21,244 nucleotides of DNA, taken from NCBI GenBank assembly GCA_034722055.1, contig JAYENL010000279.1, positions 1 to 21,244 of the forward strand. The letters are read 5' to 3'. The first letter of the stretch is position 1, and every line of letters begins with the position of its first letter. The stretch is from Armatimonadota bacterium. GTDB taxonomy: Bacteria > Armatimonadota > Zipacnadia > Zipacnadales > UBA5352. Positions 8,269 through 16,911 of this stretch are shown here, in pieces. The position numbers and the translations under genes are program-made. The notes under the pieces are model-generated. The model was given only the letters and a program-made list of their open reading frames with translations, had not been told where the DNA came from and did not search any database.

Positions 8269-8310
8269 GGCGGCGGTCCTCCTCCGCGGAGATGCGCGTG
8301 GGGTCTGGCC

Positions 8311-9510
8311 TCAGTCCTCCACCCCGCGGATCATCGAGGCCACCTTGGCGGGCAGCCCGAAGATCTCGATGAAGCCGCGGGAGCTGGACTGGTCGAAGAC
8401 ATCCTCCTCCCCGTAGGTCGCCAGCGAGAAGTCATACAGCGACTGCTCGGACTTCCGGGCGACGGCCTCAGCGCGGCCCTTGTAGAGCTTGACCGTCACC
8501 TCGCCGCTGACGGGCTTCTGCGTCTCGGCCATGAAGGCGTCCAGGGCTACCCGCAGCGGCGTGAACCACAGACCGTAGTAGATCAGCTCGGAGTACTTCA
8601 GCTCCAGGTGCTGCTTGAGGTGCGCCGTCTCGCGATCCAGCACCAGGCTCTCCAGGTCGCGATGCGCCTCCAGGATGATGGTGGCGGCGGGGGCCTCGTA
8701 GAGCTCGCGGGACTTGATGCCCACCAGCCGGTTCTCCATCATGTTCGTGCGGCCCACGCCATGGGCGCCACCCATGGAGTTGAGCGCGCTCACCAGCTCC
8801 ACCCCCTGCATCGCCTCCCCGTTGAGCGCCACAGGAATGCCGCGCTCGAAGCCGATGGTCACGTACTCCGGCTCATCGGGCGCCTCCAGGGGGCTGACCG
8901 TCCACTCCCAAGCGTCCTCCGGCGCCTCCTGCGCGGGGTCCTCGATGGCCCCACACTCGATGGACCGGCCCCAGAGGTTGGTGTCGGTGGAGTAGGGGCT
9001 CCCCTTGTCCACCGGGACCGGGATGCCGTGCTTGTTGGCGTAATCGATCTCCTCGTCGCGCGTCATACCCCACTCGCGGGCGGGCGCAATGATCTCAAGC
9101 TCCGGCGCCAGCGCGGCGTAGCTGACCTCGAAGCGGACCTGGTCGTTGCCCTTGCCCGTGCAGCCGTGGGCCACGAAGCGGGCGCCCTTCTGCTTGGCCA
9201 CCATCACCTGCTTCTTGGCCAGCAGGGGGCGCGCCAGCGCCGTGAAGGCCACGTACTTGCGCTCGTAGGTGAGATTCGCGGCGATGGCGCGGGTGATGTG
9301 CTCCTCGAAGAACTCCTGCTTGGCGTCCACGACGATGGACTCCGCTGCGCCGACGGCCTCGCCCTTGTCGCGGATGCCCTCGTAGTCGGCCTCCTCGCCG
9401 ACGTCCACCGCCACCGCGATGACGTCCACGCCGTAGGTCTCGGCGATCCAGCGAATGGCCACAGAGGTGTCCAGCCCCCCGGAGTACGCCAACACGCAGG
9501 TGTCGGCCAT
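8311..9510 (-). CDS. argG: Argininosuccinate synthase
   Basis: VLAYSGGLDTS, HGCTGKGNDQVRFE, YSTDTNLWGRSIE, ENRLVGIKSRELYEAPAA. RBS GAGGAG before ATG 9510. Confidence 0.97.
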   Translation of the reverse strand: MADTCVLAYSGGLDTSVAIRWIAETYGVDVIAVAVDVGEEADYEGIRDKGEAVGAAESIVVDAKQEFFEEHITRAIAANLTYERKYVAFTALARPLLAKKQVMVAKQKGARFVAHGCTGKGNDQVRFEVSYAALAPELEIIAPAREWGMTRDEEIDYANKHGIPVPVDKGSPYSTDTNLWGRSIECGAIEDPAQEAPEDAWEWTVSPLEAPDEPEYVTIGFERGIPVALNGEAMQGVELVSALNSMGGAHGVGRTNMMENRLVGIKSRELYEAPAATIILEAHRDLESLVLDRETAHLKQHLELKYSELIYYGLWFTPLRVALDAFMAETQKPVSGEVTVKLYKGRAEAVARKSEQSLYDFSLATYGEEDVFDQSSSRGFIEIFGLPAKVASMIRGVED

Positions 9511-9588
9511 GATATGCTCTCCTCTCACGGGGCCCGTGTCCCAGGCGGCCGATGCTCGACCGGCTCGCCGCCGACGCGCCCCGTCTCG

Positions 9589-10911
9589 TTAGCTGCTCAT
9601 CTCCAGCATCTCGGGTACGCTCATCCGCCCAACCGGGTCGCTGGCGAGACACGCCAGCACATAGGGCCCCTCGGGCATCACGGCAATCCGGGCCTCGGCG
9701 CCCTGGCGTTTCAGCGCGCGCTCGACGGCCTCCTCGACGCTCTCGGCGGACGCGAAGGGCGTCCGCCTGCTGTCGGCCTCCGGCAGTTCCGAGACGTTGA
9801 TGACGGTGCACCGGCGCAGGACCTTCTCCACTGCGTGGAGCTGCCAGGTGTCGATGCGGATCTCCGCACCGGCCAGCGCCTGCCGAATGACCTCGTGCAC
9901 GTCATCGTCCGTGATCAGCCGGGCGAAGTCCTCGCTGCCGAGGCCCTCGGCGTTCTGCTGCGCGATGACGATGGTGCCGCCATCGCGGCAGATGGCACCC
10001 GCCGCCACGATGCCCTTGGTGCCCTGATAGAGCGTCAGGTCAAGCGGGTAGCCGCCCCCGCTGGTGACCACGATGTCGGCGGGCTCATCCAGCACGATCT
10101 TGGTCTGCTGCTCGCAGCGAGCCATGGCGGCAGCGTGCGCCCGGCGCATCTCGCCGGCGAAGACGCCGGTAACCGCGCGCTGCTCATCGAGCGTGACGTT
10201 CACGATCATGTCCGCGCCGCCGGCCAGGTCCGCCACCGCCAGGGCCTCCTCGTGGACGGGGTTGTCCACGAGGTTCCCGGCTCGGGCGTCGGCGGGCTCC
10301 AGCAGGTCCGGGCCGTGGAAGCGCATGATGGTCTCGCGGCCGGCGATGCCCGGACAGATGGCCTTGCGCCCGCCGGAGTAGCCAGCCATCAGGTGCGGCT
10401 CCACCAGCCCGGTGAGTATCTTGAGGTCCGCCTCCACGTAGCGCCGATCAATCAGCGCGGGAATGCCCCGGTCAGTGACGCCCACCTGCACCTGCTCGTC
10501 CTCGTTGCGCGCCACGTGGTTCACGATCCGGCAGCCGCTGGTGAGGACCTGCTCTCCGAGCATCTCGCGCAGCTCCTCGTCGGTGTTGGGCCGGTGCAGG
10601 CCGGTGCCCACCAGGAGAGTAACGTCCTCCACCGAGAGCCCGACGTCGGCCAGCGTCTGCAGGATCGGCGGGAGGATGAGCCAGTTCGGCACCGGTCGCG
10701 TGAGGTCGCTAACCACGATGCAGGCGTTGGAGCGCCCCCGCGCCAGCTCGCTCAGCGGCGCGGCGCCGATTGGCTCCGCCAGCGCATCGCGCGTCGCGGC
10801 CATCGGATCATCCACTACAGGCAGCGAGCGCTGCCGGAGCACGTGCGCCACGTGCTCGTCCGGCAGCTCGACCTGCATTCCCTCGCGTCCGTAGCGGAGT
10901 GTGGTGATCAT
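9589..10911 (-). CDS. larA: Nickel-pincer-dependent lactate racemase (LarA) family 2-hydroxyacid racemase/epimerase
   Basis: SDLTRPVP, GTGLHR, EPHLMAGYSGGRK, RFHG, GGYPLDLTLYQGTKG. The LarA catalytic and cofactor-binding residues appear present; substrate unknown. Confidence 0.88.
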   Translation of the reverse strand: MITTLRYGREGMQVELPDEHVAHVLRQRSLPVVDDPMAATRDALAEPIGAAPLSELARGRSNACIVVSDLTRPVPNWLILPPILQTLADVGLSVEDVTLLVGTGLHRPNTDEELREMLGEQVLTSGCRIVNHVARNEDEQVQVGVTDRGIPALIDRRYVEADLKILTGLVEPHLMAGYSGGRKAICPGIAGRETIMRFHGPDLLEPADARAGNLVDNPVHEEALAVADLAGGADMIVNVTLDEQRAVTGVFAGEMRRAHAAAMARCEQQTKIVLDEPADIVVTSGGGYPLDLTLYQGTKGIVAAGAICRDGGTIVIAQQNAEGLGSEDFARLITDDDVHEVIRQALAGAEIRIDTWQLHAVEKVLRRCTVINVSELPEADSRRTPFASAESVEEAVERALKRQGAEARIAVMPEGPYVLACLASDPVGRMSVPEMLEMSS

Positions 10912-10923
10912 GGTGAGAGAGAG

Positions 10924-11325
10924 TCACTCAACACGGTAGCGGCTTCGCGGCCCGTCCAGATGCAGATGCCACGCGGCGAGGATGTCGCGGCCAAGGAGCA
11001 CTTCGGCTGGGCCCGCTACGCCGAGAGCTAGGGTGTTCTTGAACAGCCGCCTCACCCCATCGGGCCAGCGGTCGTCAGTTACGTGCAGTGTGACCTCGTA
11101 CAAAGGCCATTCGCGCTTCCGGCCATCGTAGGATCGACACGAGACAACGCGTCCGGTTCGGATCGCGCCGACCTGATCGAGCAGTGCTGCCGGAACCACC
11201 GTACGAGTGGCACCTGTGTCGATCTTGGCGAGAAGCGGGTCAGTCACGCCTAGCAGATGCTCAAGCTCTACTCGTAGGCCGGGGAACGGCGGGAATTCCG
11301 ACTGCGAGTAGCAGATGGGGCTCAT
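10924..11325 (-). CDS. Retropepsin-like (clan AA) aspartic protease
   Basis: AKIDTGATRTVVP catalytic motif and C-terminal LLGRDIL. ATG 11325 overlaps the upstream TGA (ATGA). Confidence 0.85.
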   Translation of the reverse strand: MSPICYSQSEFPPFPGLRVELEHLLGVTDPLLAKIDTGATRTVVPAALLDQVGAIRTGRVVSCRSYDGRKREWPLYEVTLHVTDDRWPDGVRRLFKNTLALGVAGPAEVLLGRDILAAWHLHLDGPRSRYRVE

Positions 11326-11936
11326 TGCTCGCATACCATGCTCCTCGGCGCCTCCATCTGCATTCCGAGTTGCTCAGGCTCAGGCAGCGGATCCCCAGCT
11401 CGGATCACGAAGAGCGACGTTGGCCGGTCGAGCTGCTCCAGACCCTCGCGCGCCGCTTCGTTCGCGCTGTCGCCGACCCCAATCACCTCGCCGCGGTGCA
11501 TTGCGATGTAGCAGCCCGGGTACTCCCTGCCGAGGCTGTCCCGCTCGCGCTCATAGGCTTCGTGATCGTCGCGCCACGTCCAGGCGTCTGTATCCCCACC
11601 AGCGCCGGTCTCGCCGGGTTCGTTTATCTCCCGCACAACCGCCTCGAGGAAGCCCTTGATCCGCTTCCGAACGGTCCCTTCCGCTATGCTGAAGGAATCC
11701 GCTAGGTCAGCCTGCGTCGCGCCATCGAAGTACGCAATGCACATCAGCACGGAGTCGCTGCTGACCTCTCCCGTGATCAGCAAACGCCTGGTCGCATCAA
11801 TGATGTCGGCCTCCAGCCCGCTGAGATCCAGACTCGAAGATGGCAACTCCTGCTGTGCCAACTCGTTGACAGCGCGTCGAAGCTTAGCTCTCCCGTAGGT
11901 TTCCAGTGTCTTGCTCAGATCATCCGTTCCTGGCAT
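11322..11936 (-). CDS. Sigma70-region-4-like HTH fused to a C-terminal DUF5678-like domain
   Basis: HTH: YFDGATQADLADSFSIAEGTVRKRI. DUF5678-like: AYERERDSLGREYPGCYIAMHRGEVIGVGDS..FVIRAG. RBS GGAGGT before ATG 11936. Confidence 0.72.
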   Translation of the reverse strand: MPGTDDLSKTLETYGRAKLRRAVNELAQQELPSSSLDLSGLEADIIDATRRLLITGEVSSDSVLMCIAYFDGATQADLADSFSIAEGTVRKRIKGFLEAVVREINEPGETGAGGDTDAWTWRDDHEAYERERDSLGREYPGCYIAMHRGEVIGVGDSANEAAREGLEQLDRPTSLFVIRAGDPLPEPEQLGMQMEAPRSMVCEQ

Positions 11937-11977
11937 CGCTGCACCTCCGTTCGCCGCCCCACGCCGCACTCACGTGC

Positions 11978-12005
11978 ATTATACCCGCGCGCGCCGCCTA
12001 CGCAA
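11978..12005 (-). promoter_or_regulatory. Sigma70-type promoter of the HTH-DUF5678/protease module
   Basis: TTGCGT (12005-12000), 16 bp spacer, perfect TATAAT (11983-11978). Confidence 0.65.
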
Positions 12006-12042
12006 AGAGCGGCCTTACCCCGGCGGGGACGTGCGCCGCTCT
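12004..12042 (-). terminator. Stem-loop downstream of leuB (probable terminator)
   Basis: AGAGCGGC 12006-12013 / GCCGCTCT 12035-12042 with inner CCCC/GGGG; only a short T run follows. Confidence 0.5.
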
Positions 12043-12064
12043 CTAATGCGCGCATCTGCGGCCG

Positions 12065-13114
12065 TCACTGCACCAGCGACGCCACCAGGTCGCCGCTGTC
12101 TGTGGTGGAGACGCCGCTTCTGGTGGAGAGGTCGCCAAGCTTGCCGGAGCCGAGGGCGGCGATGACGGCGTGCTCGATGGCCCTTCCGCACTCGACCTCG
12201 CCCAGATAGTCCAGCATCATCCCCGCCGCGGCGATGGCCGCGATGGGGCAGATCACGTTCTGGCCGGTGTACTTGGGCGCGGAGCCGTGGATGGGCTCGA
12301 ACATGGACACGCCCTGGGGGTTGATGTTCCCCGACGCCGCCACGCCCATCCCGCCCTGGATCATCGCCCCCAGGTCGGTGATGATGTCGCCAAACATGTT
12401 ACAGGTCACGATGACGTCGAACCACTCCGGGTTCTTGACCATCCACATGCAGCAGGCGTCCACGTAGGCGTGGTCGGTCTCGATGTCGGGGTACTCCTCG
12501 GCGACCTCCGCGAAGGCCCGCTGCCACAGGTCGTGGCCGTAGGTGAGGACGTTGGACTTGTCCACCAGTGTGACGCTCTTCTCCTCCCGCCTGCTGGCCG
12601 TCTCGAAGGCGTATCGGATGCAGCGCTCCACGCCCATGCGGGTGTAGACGGCCTCCTGCACCGCGATCTCATGCTCGGTGTCTTTGCGCACCGTTCCACC
12701 GACGCCGGCGTAGAGGCCCTCCGTGTTCTCGCGGACCACGATGAAGTCGATGTCCTCGGGGCCCTTGCCCTTCAGCGGCGTCTCCACGCCCGGATACAGC
12801 TTCACAGGGCGGAGATTGATGTACTGATCCAGCTCGAAGCGCAGGCGCAGCAGGATGCCCTTCTCCAGGATCCCCGGCGCAACATCGGGGTGACCGACCG
12901 CGCCCAGGTAGATGGCGTCCATCTGCTGCAGCTCCTCCATGACCGAGTCCGGAAGCACCTCCCCGGTCGCCAGGTAGCGGTCGCCCCCGACATCGTACTG
13001 GAAGGTTTCGTATTGCACGCCATGGATGTCAGCCGCCGCCGCCAGGACCTTGAGGCCCTCGGCCACCACCTCCGGCCCGACCCCGTCGCAGGGCAGCACC
13101 GCAATCCTGTACAT
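12065..13114 (-). CDS. leuB: 3-isopropylmalate dehydrogenase (isocitrate/isopropylmalate dehydrogenase family)
   Basis: [69 protein letters not shown]. Confidence 0.85.
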   Translation of the reverse strand: MYRIAVLPCDGVGPEVVAEGLKVLAAAADIHGVQYETFQYDVGGDRYLATGEVLPDSVMEELQQMDAIYLGAVGHPDVAPGILEKGILLRLRFELDQYINLRPVKLYPGVETPLKGKGPEDIDFIVVRENTEGLYAGVGGTVRKDTEHEIAVQEAVYTRMGVERCIRYAFETASRREEKSVTLVDKSNVLTYGHDLWQRAFAEVAEEYPDIETDHAYVDACCMWMVKNPEWFDVIVTCNMFGDIITDLGAMIQGGMGVAASGNINPQGVSMFEPIHGSAPKYTGQNVICPIAAIAAAGMMLDYLGEVECGRAIEHAVIAALGSGKLGDLSTRSGVSTTDSGDLVASLVQ

Positions 13115-13182
13115 GCTCGGATTCTCCTCAGTAGCGAGACCGCCGGCTGGAGCCGGCGGCCGGGTTCCGCGGAAACAGGTGG

Positions 13183-13211
13183 ATTATAGCAGAAGCATCA
13201 TACGGTGGCAA
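13183..13211 (-). promoter_or_regulatory. Strong sigma70-type promoter of leuB
   Basis: TTGCCA (13211-13206), 17 bp spacer, TATAAT (13188-13183) with extended -10 TG. Confidence 0.8.
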
Positions 13212-13294
13212 AAGCGGGGCGGGGCGCCGACGAGCGGAGTGAGTGTGATGGGCAGTGCTGTGGGGAAGCGGTGCCTCGGCGGATGCAGAGGTTG

Positions 13295-14212
13295 TCAGGC
13301 GTCAGGAGTTCCAGAGGGCTTCACGCCGCGAACGCGGAGCGCCTGCGGTCGCACCTCGCACAGGAAGCTGTCCGCCTCTCCCGCCGTCTCGCCATCGAGG
13401 TGGACCTCCGCACCGCCGTCCACCGAGAGCTCGAATGTCGGGGCGGCATGCTCCATCACGGCGGCGGCATCCTCCGGCGACACGCGCTCTCCGCGGACCC
13501 AGGACCACAGGGCGGCCAGATTGGGTCGCTGGCGGACGATCAGAGTGTGCAGCTTCCCGTCCGCGGGGTCGGCCACGCGGCGGCCCGGCATCTGCAGGTA
13601 CGACCTCAGGGGGACGTTGGAGAAGATCGCGGCGAGCATGTCGCCCTCGTAGATGACCTCGCCCTCGGACCGGAGTGTGCAGGAGTAGGGCTGAGCGCGG
13701 CCTGCCGCCCGCAGCCCCGCCACAGCGTAGGCCAGGTAGCCCAGCCCGGACTTATCGTCCTCGACCTCGCGCGCCACCTTGGCCTCAAAGCCCACGCCTG
13801 CGCGGATGCTGAAAAGGTGGTCGTTGCAGGCGCCCACGTCGATGCTCACGACCGGCTGCTGCAGCATCCATCGAGCCTGTGCGACCGGGTTGGCCGAGTG
13901 GCCGATGATCTCGACCAGGCTGTTCCCGGTGCCGGCCGGGATCGGCCCCAGCACCGCTCCAGCCTCGATGATCTGGTGGAGGCACTGCTGGATGGTCCCG
14001 TCGCCGCCGATCACCCAGATCTCCCTGAAGCCCGTGTCCAGCGCCTTCTCCACGGCCCATGCGGCCCCGTGCAGCGTGGTCTCAAAGGTCGCCACCTGGA
14101 TGCCATGCTCCCGAACCATGGGCGCGATGTGGGTGTACAGGCGATCGCCGCCACCTCCACCAGAGTGGGGGTTGACGATGAACGCCAGCTCCTCAGGACC
14201 GTCCCAGGCCAT
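13295..14212 (-). CDS. Diacylglycerol/lipid kinase family protein (YegS/BmrU-like)
   Basis: IVNPHSG, IGGDGT, IPAGTGN, GVGFEA, DPADGKL, VHLDGE. Real start is likely ATG 14212; the ORF-track extension to 14506 overlaps the divergent gene. Confidence 0.88.
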   Translation of the reverse strand: MAWDGPEELAFIVNPHSGGGGGDRLYTHIAPMVREHGIQVATFETTLHGAAWAVEKALDTGFREIWVIGGDGTIQQCLHQIIEAGAVLGPIPAGTGNSLVEIIGHSANPVAQARWMLQQPVVSIDVGACNDHLFSIRAGVGFEAKVAREVEDDKSGLGYLAYAVAGLRAAGRAQPYSCTLRSEGEVIYEGDMLAAIFSNVPLRSYLQMPGRRVADPADGKLHTLIVRQRPNLAALWSWVRGERVSPEDAAAVMEHAAPTFELSVDGGAEVHLDGETAGEADSFLCEVRPQALRVRGVKPSGTPDA

Positions 14213-14402
14213 TACCTTCCGATCTCCTGACGCGGGAGCCCCCACGGACGCCGTAGCCTCCGCGCACCCTTCAGCTCGCGCCCCAATCACCGCGTCACAG
14301 TTCGACGTCCGCGGGCCGAGCCCTGCGCGGCGGGAGGTAAGTGCCGCCGAGGGGCAAAGTATACAGCAGTCGTGACCACGCTGCGAGGGAGAGGGATGCG
14401 AG

Positions 14403-15680
14403 ATGACTGCGGCCGGCAATGAGACCGTGTTGGAGACCAGGACTGGGATCGCCAACGCCGTGGAGCGCGTCTGTCTGGAGGCGCCCCTGCCGGTGGATGT
14501 ACACACCCACCTGTACTCGGCGCGCTTCGGCGACCTGCTGCTGTGGGGCTTCGATGAGCTGGTGACCTACCACTACCTCATCGCCGAGGTCTGCCGCACC
14601 AACCGGGCTGTGAGCCCCGACCAGTTCTACGCCATGTCCAAACGGGAGCAGGCCGACCACGTCTGGCAGTCGCTCTTTATCGACGAGAGCCCCGTCTCCG
14701 AGGCCCGGCGCGGGGTGCTCACCTGCCTGCAGGCCTACGGGCTGGACGTGGAGGGCCGGGATATCGAGGAGTATCGGGAGTTCTTCGCCTCCACCACCGT
14801 CGAGGAGCACATCGACCGGGTCTTCAAGATGGCCAACTGCGAGAAGGTGGTGATGACCAACGACCCCTTCAACGACACCGAGCGCGCCATCTGGCTGGCG
14901 CAGGGCGCTGAGACTGACGAGCGCTTCCTGCCCGCCCTGCGCATAGACCCCCTCCTGGTCACCTGGCACGAGGCCCAGCCGCGGCTGGCCGAGTGGGGCT
15001 ACGACGTGCACATGGACCTCGGCGGCGACACGCTCGCGGAGGTCCGCAGGTTCCTGATGGACTGGGGGGAGCGGATGGATCCCGTCTACATGGCGGCCTC
15101 GCTGGGCTTCAACTTCTCGTATCCCGACCACGAGCACCCCAGCACCCCCATCATCGACGAGGCCATCGCGCCCGCATGCGTGGAGCTGGGCATCCCCTTC
15201 TCGCCCATGCTGGGCGTCAAGCGCCAGGTGAACCCGGCGCTGGAACTGGCCGGCGACGCGGTGGGCAAGTGTGACATCGGCACCGTGGAGCGGCTCTGCC
15301 GCAGCCACCCGGACTGCAACTTCTTCGTCACGCTGCTGTCCCGCGAGAACCAGCACGAGCTGTGCGTGGCCGCCCGGAAGTTCCCGAATCTGATGCCCTT
15401 CGGCTGCTGGTGGTTCCTCAACGACCCCAGCATCATCGATGAGATCACACGCGAGCGCGTCGAGCTGCTGGGGCTGAGCTTCGTGGCTCAGCACTCTGAC
15501 TGCCGCATCCTCGACCAGCTCGTGTACAAGTGGAGGCACTCCCGCCGGTCCATCGCTGAGGTGCTCACGGACAAGTACATCGACATCTTCCTGGCGGGCT
15601 GGCGGCCGACGGTGGAGCAGATCGAGGCCGACGTCCGCGGCCTCCTGGGGCAGAACTTTTTGGATTGGGCGGGCCTGTAG
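14403..15680 (+). CDS. uxaC: Uronate (glucuronate) isomerase, divergent Bacillus halodurans Bh0493-like subfamily
   Basis: DVHTHLY metal motif, LLLWGFDELVTYHYL, MTNDPF, FGCWWFLN, QHSDCR..QLVYKW. RBS AGGGAGAGG. Confidence 0.85.
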   Translation: MTAAGNETVLETRTGIANAVERVCLEAPLPVDVHTHLYSARFGDLLLWGFDELVTYHYLIAEVCRTNRAVSPDQFYAMSKREQADHVWQSLFIDESPVSEARRGVLTCLQAYGLDVEGRDIEEYREFFASTTVEEHIDRVFKMANCEKVVMTNDPFNDTERAIWLAQGAETDERFLPALRIDPLLVTWHEAQPRLAEWGYDVHMDLGGDTLAEVRRFLMDWGERMDPVYMAASLGFNFSYPDHEHPSTPIIDEAIAPACVELGIPFSPMLGVKRQVNPALELAGDAVGKCDIGTVERLCRSHPDCNFFVTLLSRENQHELCVAARKFPNLMPFGCWWFLNDPSIIDEITRERVELLGLSFVAQHSDCRILDQLVYKWRHSRRSIAEVLTDKYIDIFLAGWRPTVEQIEADVRGLLGQNFLDWAGL

Positions 15681-15711
15681 ACGAATCCGGCGCGCCAAAC
15701 ACACGTGGACT

Positions 15712-15816
15712 ATGGAGGGCGCCCCACGCGACGGTGGCACTGCCATTGTATGGCGTCCTGGCTGGGCGCCTCTCGCACGCCCCTCCGGTGGCAGACCCCG
15801 CACGGGCGCCCTCCAT
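15712..15816. repeat. 105-bp element with perfect 13-bp terminal inverted repeats and nested stems
   Basis: ATGGAGGGCGCCC 15712-15724 / GGGCGCCCTCCAT 15804-15816; inner CTGCCATTG 15740-15748 / CGGTGGCAG 15786-15794. Confidence 0.7.
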
Positions 15817-15817
15817 G

Positions 15818-15857
15818 CGCGATTCGCGTTGCATTCTACGCGATTTACGCATACAAT
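15818..15857 (+). promoter_or_regulatory. Promoter of the MNT-HEPN pair with an adjacent palindrome
   Basis: TTGCAT 15829-15834, 17 bp spacer, TACAAT 15852-15857. CGCGA-T-TCGCG palindrome at 15818-15828. Confidence 0.7.
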
Positions 15858-15874
15858 GCTCCCGGTGAGTGGTC

Positions 15875-16528
15875 ATGGCTGAGACGGCTACAACCTGGGG
15901 CGAGCGTGCTCTCGGGGAGCTCTTCGGCTCAGAGGTGCGGGCGGCGGTGCTCTCCTGGGTCTGCGCGCATGCCGACGAGCTGATCGTGGGCGCCAAGCTG
16001 GCGCGAGAGCTGGACCTGTCCCCGAGCGCCGTCGGCGCGGAGCTGGCGCGGCTGGAGCGGCTGGGCATGCTCCAGGCACAGGAGCCGATCGGGCCCGCGA
16101 AGCCCTATCGCGTCAACGAGGACTTCCCGCTGCTGCACGGGCTGCAGTCGATGTGCCTCTACGCCACCGGCGTGGTGGCAGTGCTGCGGGAGCTGTTCGC
16201 GGATGCCGACGGCGTGGAGGTGGCGGCGATCTTCGGCTCCCTGGCCCGCGGCGACGACCGCCCCGACTCCGACGTGGACCTGCTGGTGGTGGGGGCGATC
16301 GAGGGCCGCCAACTGGCCTTGCTGGTACGCGACGCCCGTACCCGCACGGGGCGGCGGATTAATCCGGTGCGCTATTCCGTCACCGAATTCGCGGAGAAGA
16401 CGGGCGAGAAGGGTGCGTTTCTCGACCGCGTGATGTCAGGCCCCAAGACCCTTGTCAAGGGAGACACCGATGCCCTACGAAGACTTGCTCGAAGCGGGCA
16501 GGATACGGCGTCACCGGTCCACGGCTGA
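15875..16528 (+). CDS. Winged-HTH plus minimal nucleotidyltransferase (MNT), putative antitoxin
   Basis: N-terminal HTH (LARELDLSPSAVGAELARLERLGML); GS-x10-DxD motif (FGSLARGDDRPDSDVDLLVVG). Start ATG 15875 or GTG 15869. Confidence 0.88.
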   Translation: MAETATTWGERALGELFGSEVRAAVLSWVCAHADELIVGAKLARELDLSPSAVGAELARLERLGMLQAQEPIGPAKPYRVNEDFPLLHGLQSMCLYATGVVAVLRELFADADGVEVAAIFGSLARGDDRPDSDVDLLVVGAIEGRQLALLVRDARTRTGRRINPVRYSVTEFAEKTGEKGAFLDRVMSGPKTLVKGDTDALRRLARSGQDTASPVHG

Positions 16529-16910
16529 CCAGTTGATTGCTCATCTCGACATCGCCCACACGCGACTTGAAGACGCGTCCGTCGAGGGTATGTCGGCGGA
16601 AGGGACGTTCCTGTTCGCCTATGATGCGGCCCGTGCGGCCGCGGAGGCTGTCATGGCTGTGGAGGGCTATCGCGCGGCATCCGGGGCCGGCCGTCACGAG
16701 ATTGTCTTCGAGTTTCTCAGGCGAGCCGAACGGAGCCGCTGGGCTGATCTTGCTGTCGAACTCGATGAGGCGCGGGAGAAACGTAACTACGCTGAGTACG
16801 AGAGGGCCGGGCTGATCACTCGGACTGAGGCCGACGACCTACTACGGAGGGCGCGCGAGTTCGTCAATGAGGTAGCTCGCTGGCTTCATGAGCGAGGCAT
16901 AGGGAGCTGA
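16470..16910 (+). CDS. HEPN-domain protein, putative toxin
   Basis: All-helical pattern with AYDAARAAAEA, GYR..HEIVFEF, REKRNYAEY. RBS AAGGGAG before ATG 16470. Directly follows and overlaps the MNT gene. Confidence 0.82.
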   Translation: MPYEDLLEAGRIRRHRSTADQLIAHLDIAHTRLEDASVEGMSAEGTFLFAYDAARAAAEAVMAVEGYRAASGAGRHEIVFEFLRRAERSRWADLAVELDEAREKRNYAEYERAGLITRTEADDLLRRAREFVNEVARWLHERGIGS

Positions 16911-16911
16911 C

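Noticed and set aside
7246..11031. 1261-aa plus-strand ORF
   Set aside because: Antisense shadow. mscS, argG, larA and the protease gene share one frame, and this ORF is their codon-for-codon complement, which is stop-poor in high-GC DNA. No recognisable domain.
14213..14506. N-terminal extension of the lipid kinase ORF
   Set aside because: Overlaps the divergent uxaC start; the kinase domain begins right after ATG 14212.
15694..15834. Integron attC site
   Set aside because: AAC and GTT are symmetric, but the R boxes deviate from RYYYAAC/GTTRRRY, the L boxes do not pair, and there is no integrase or repeated site. Kept only as an unexplained hairpin.
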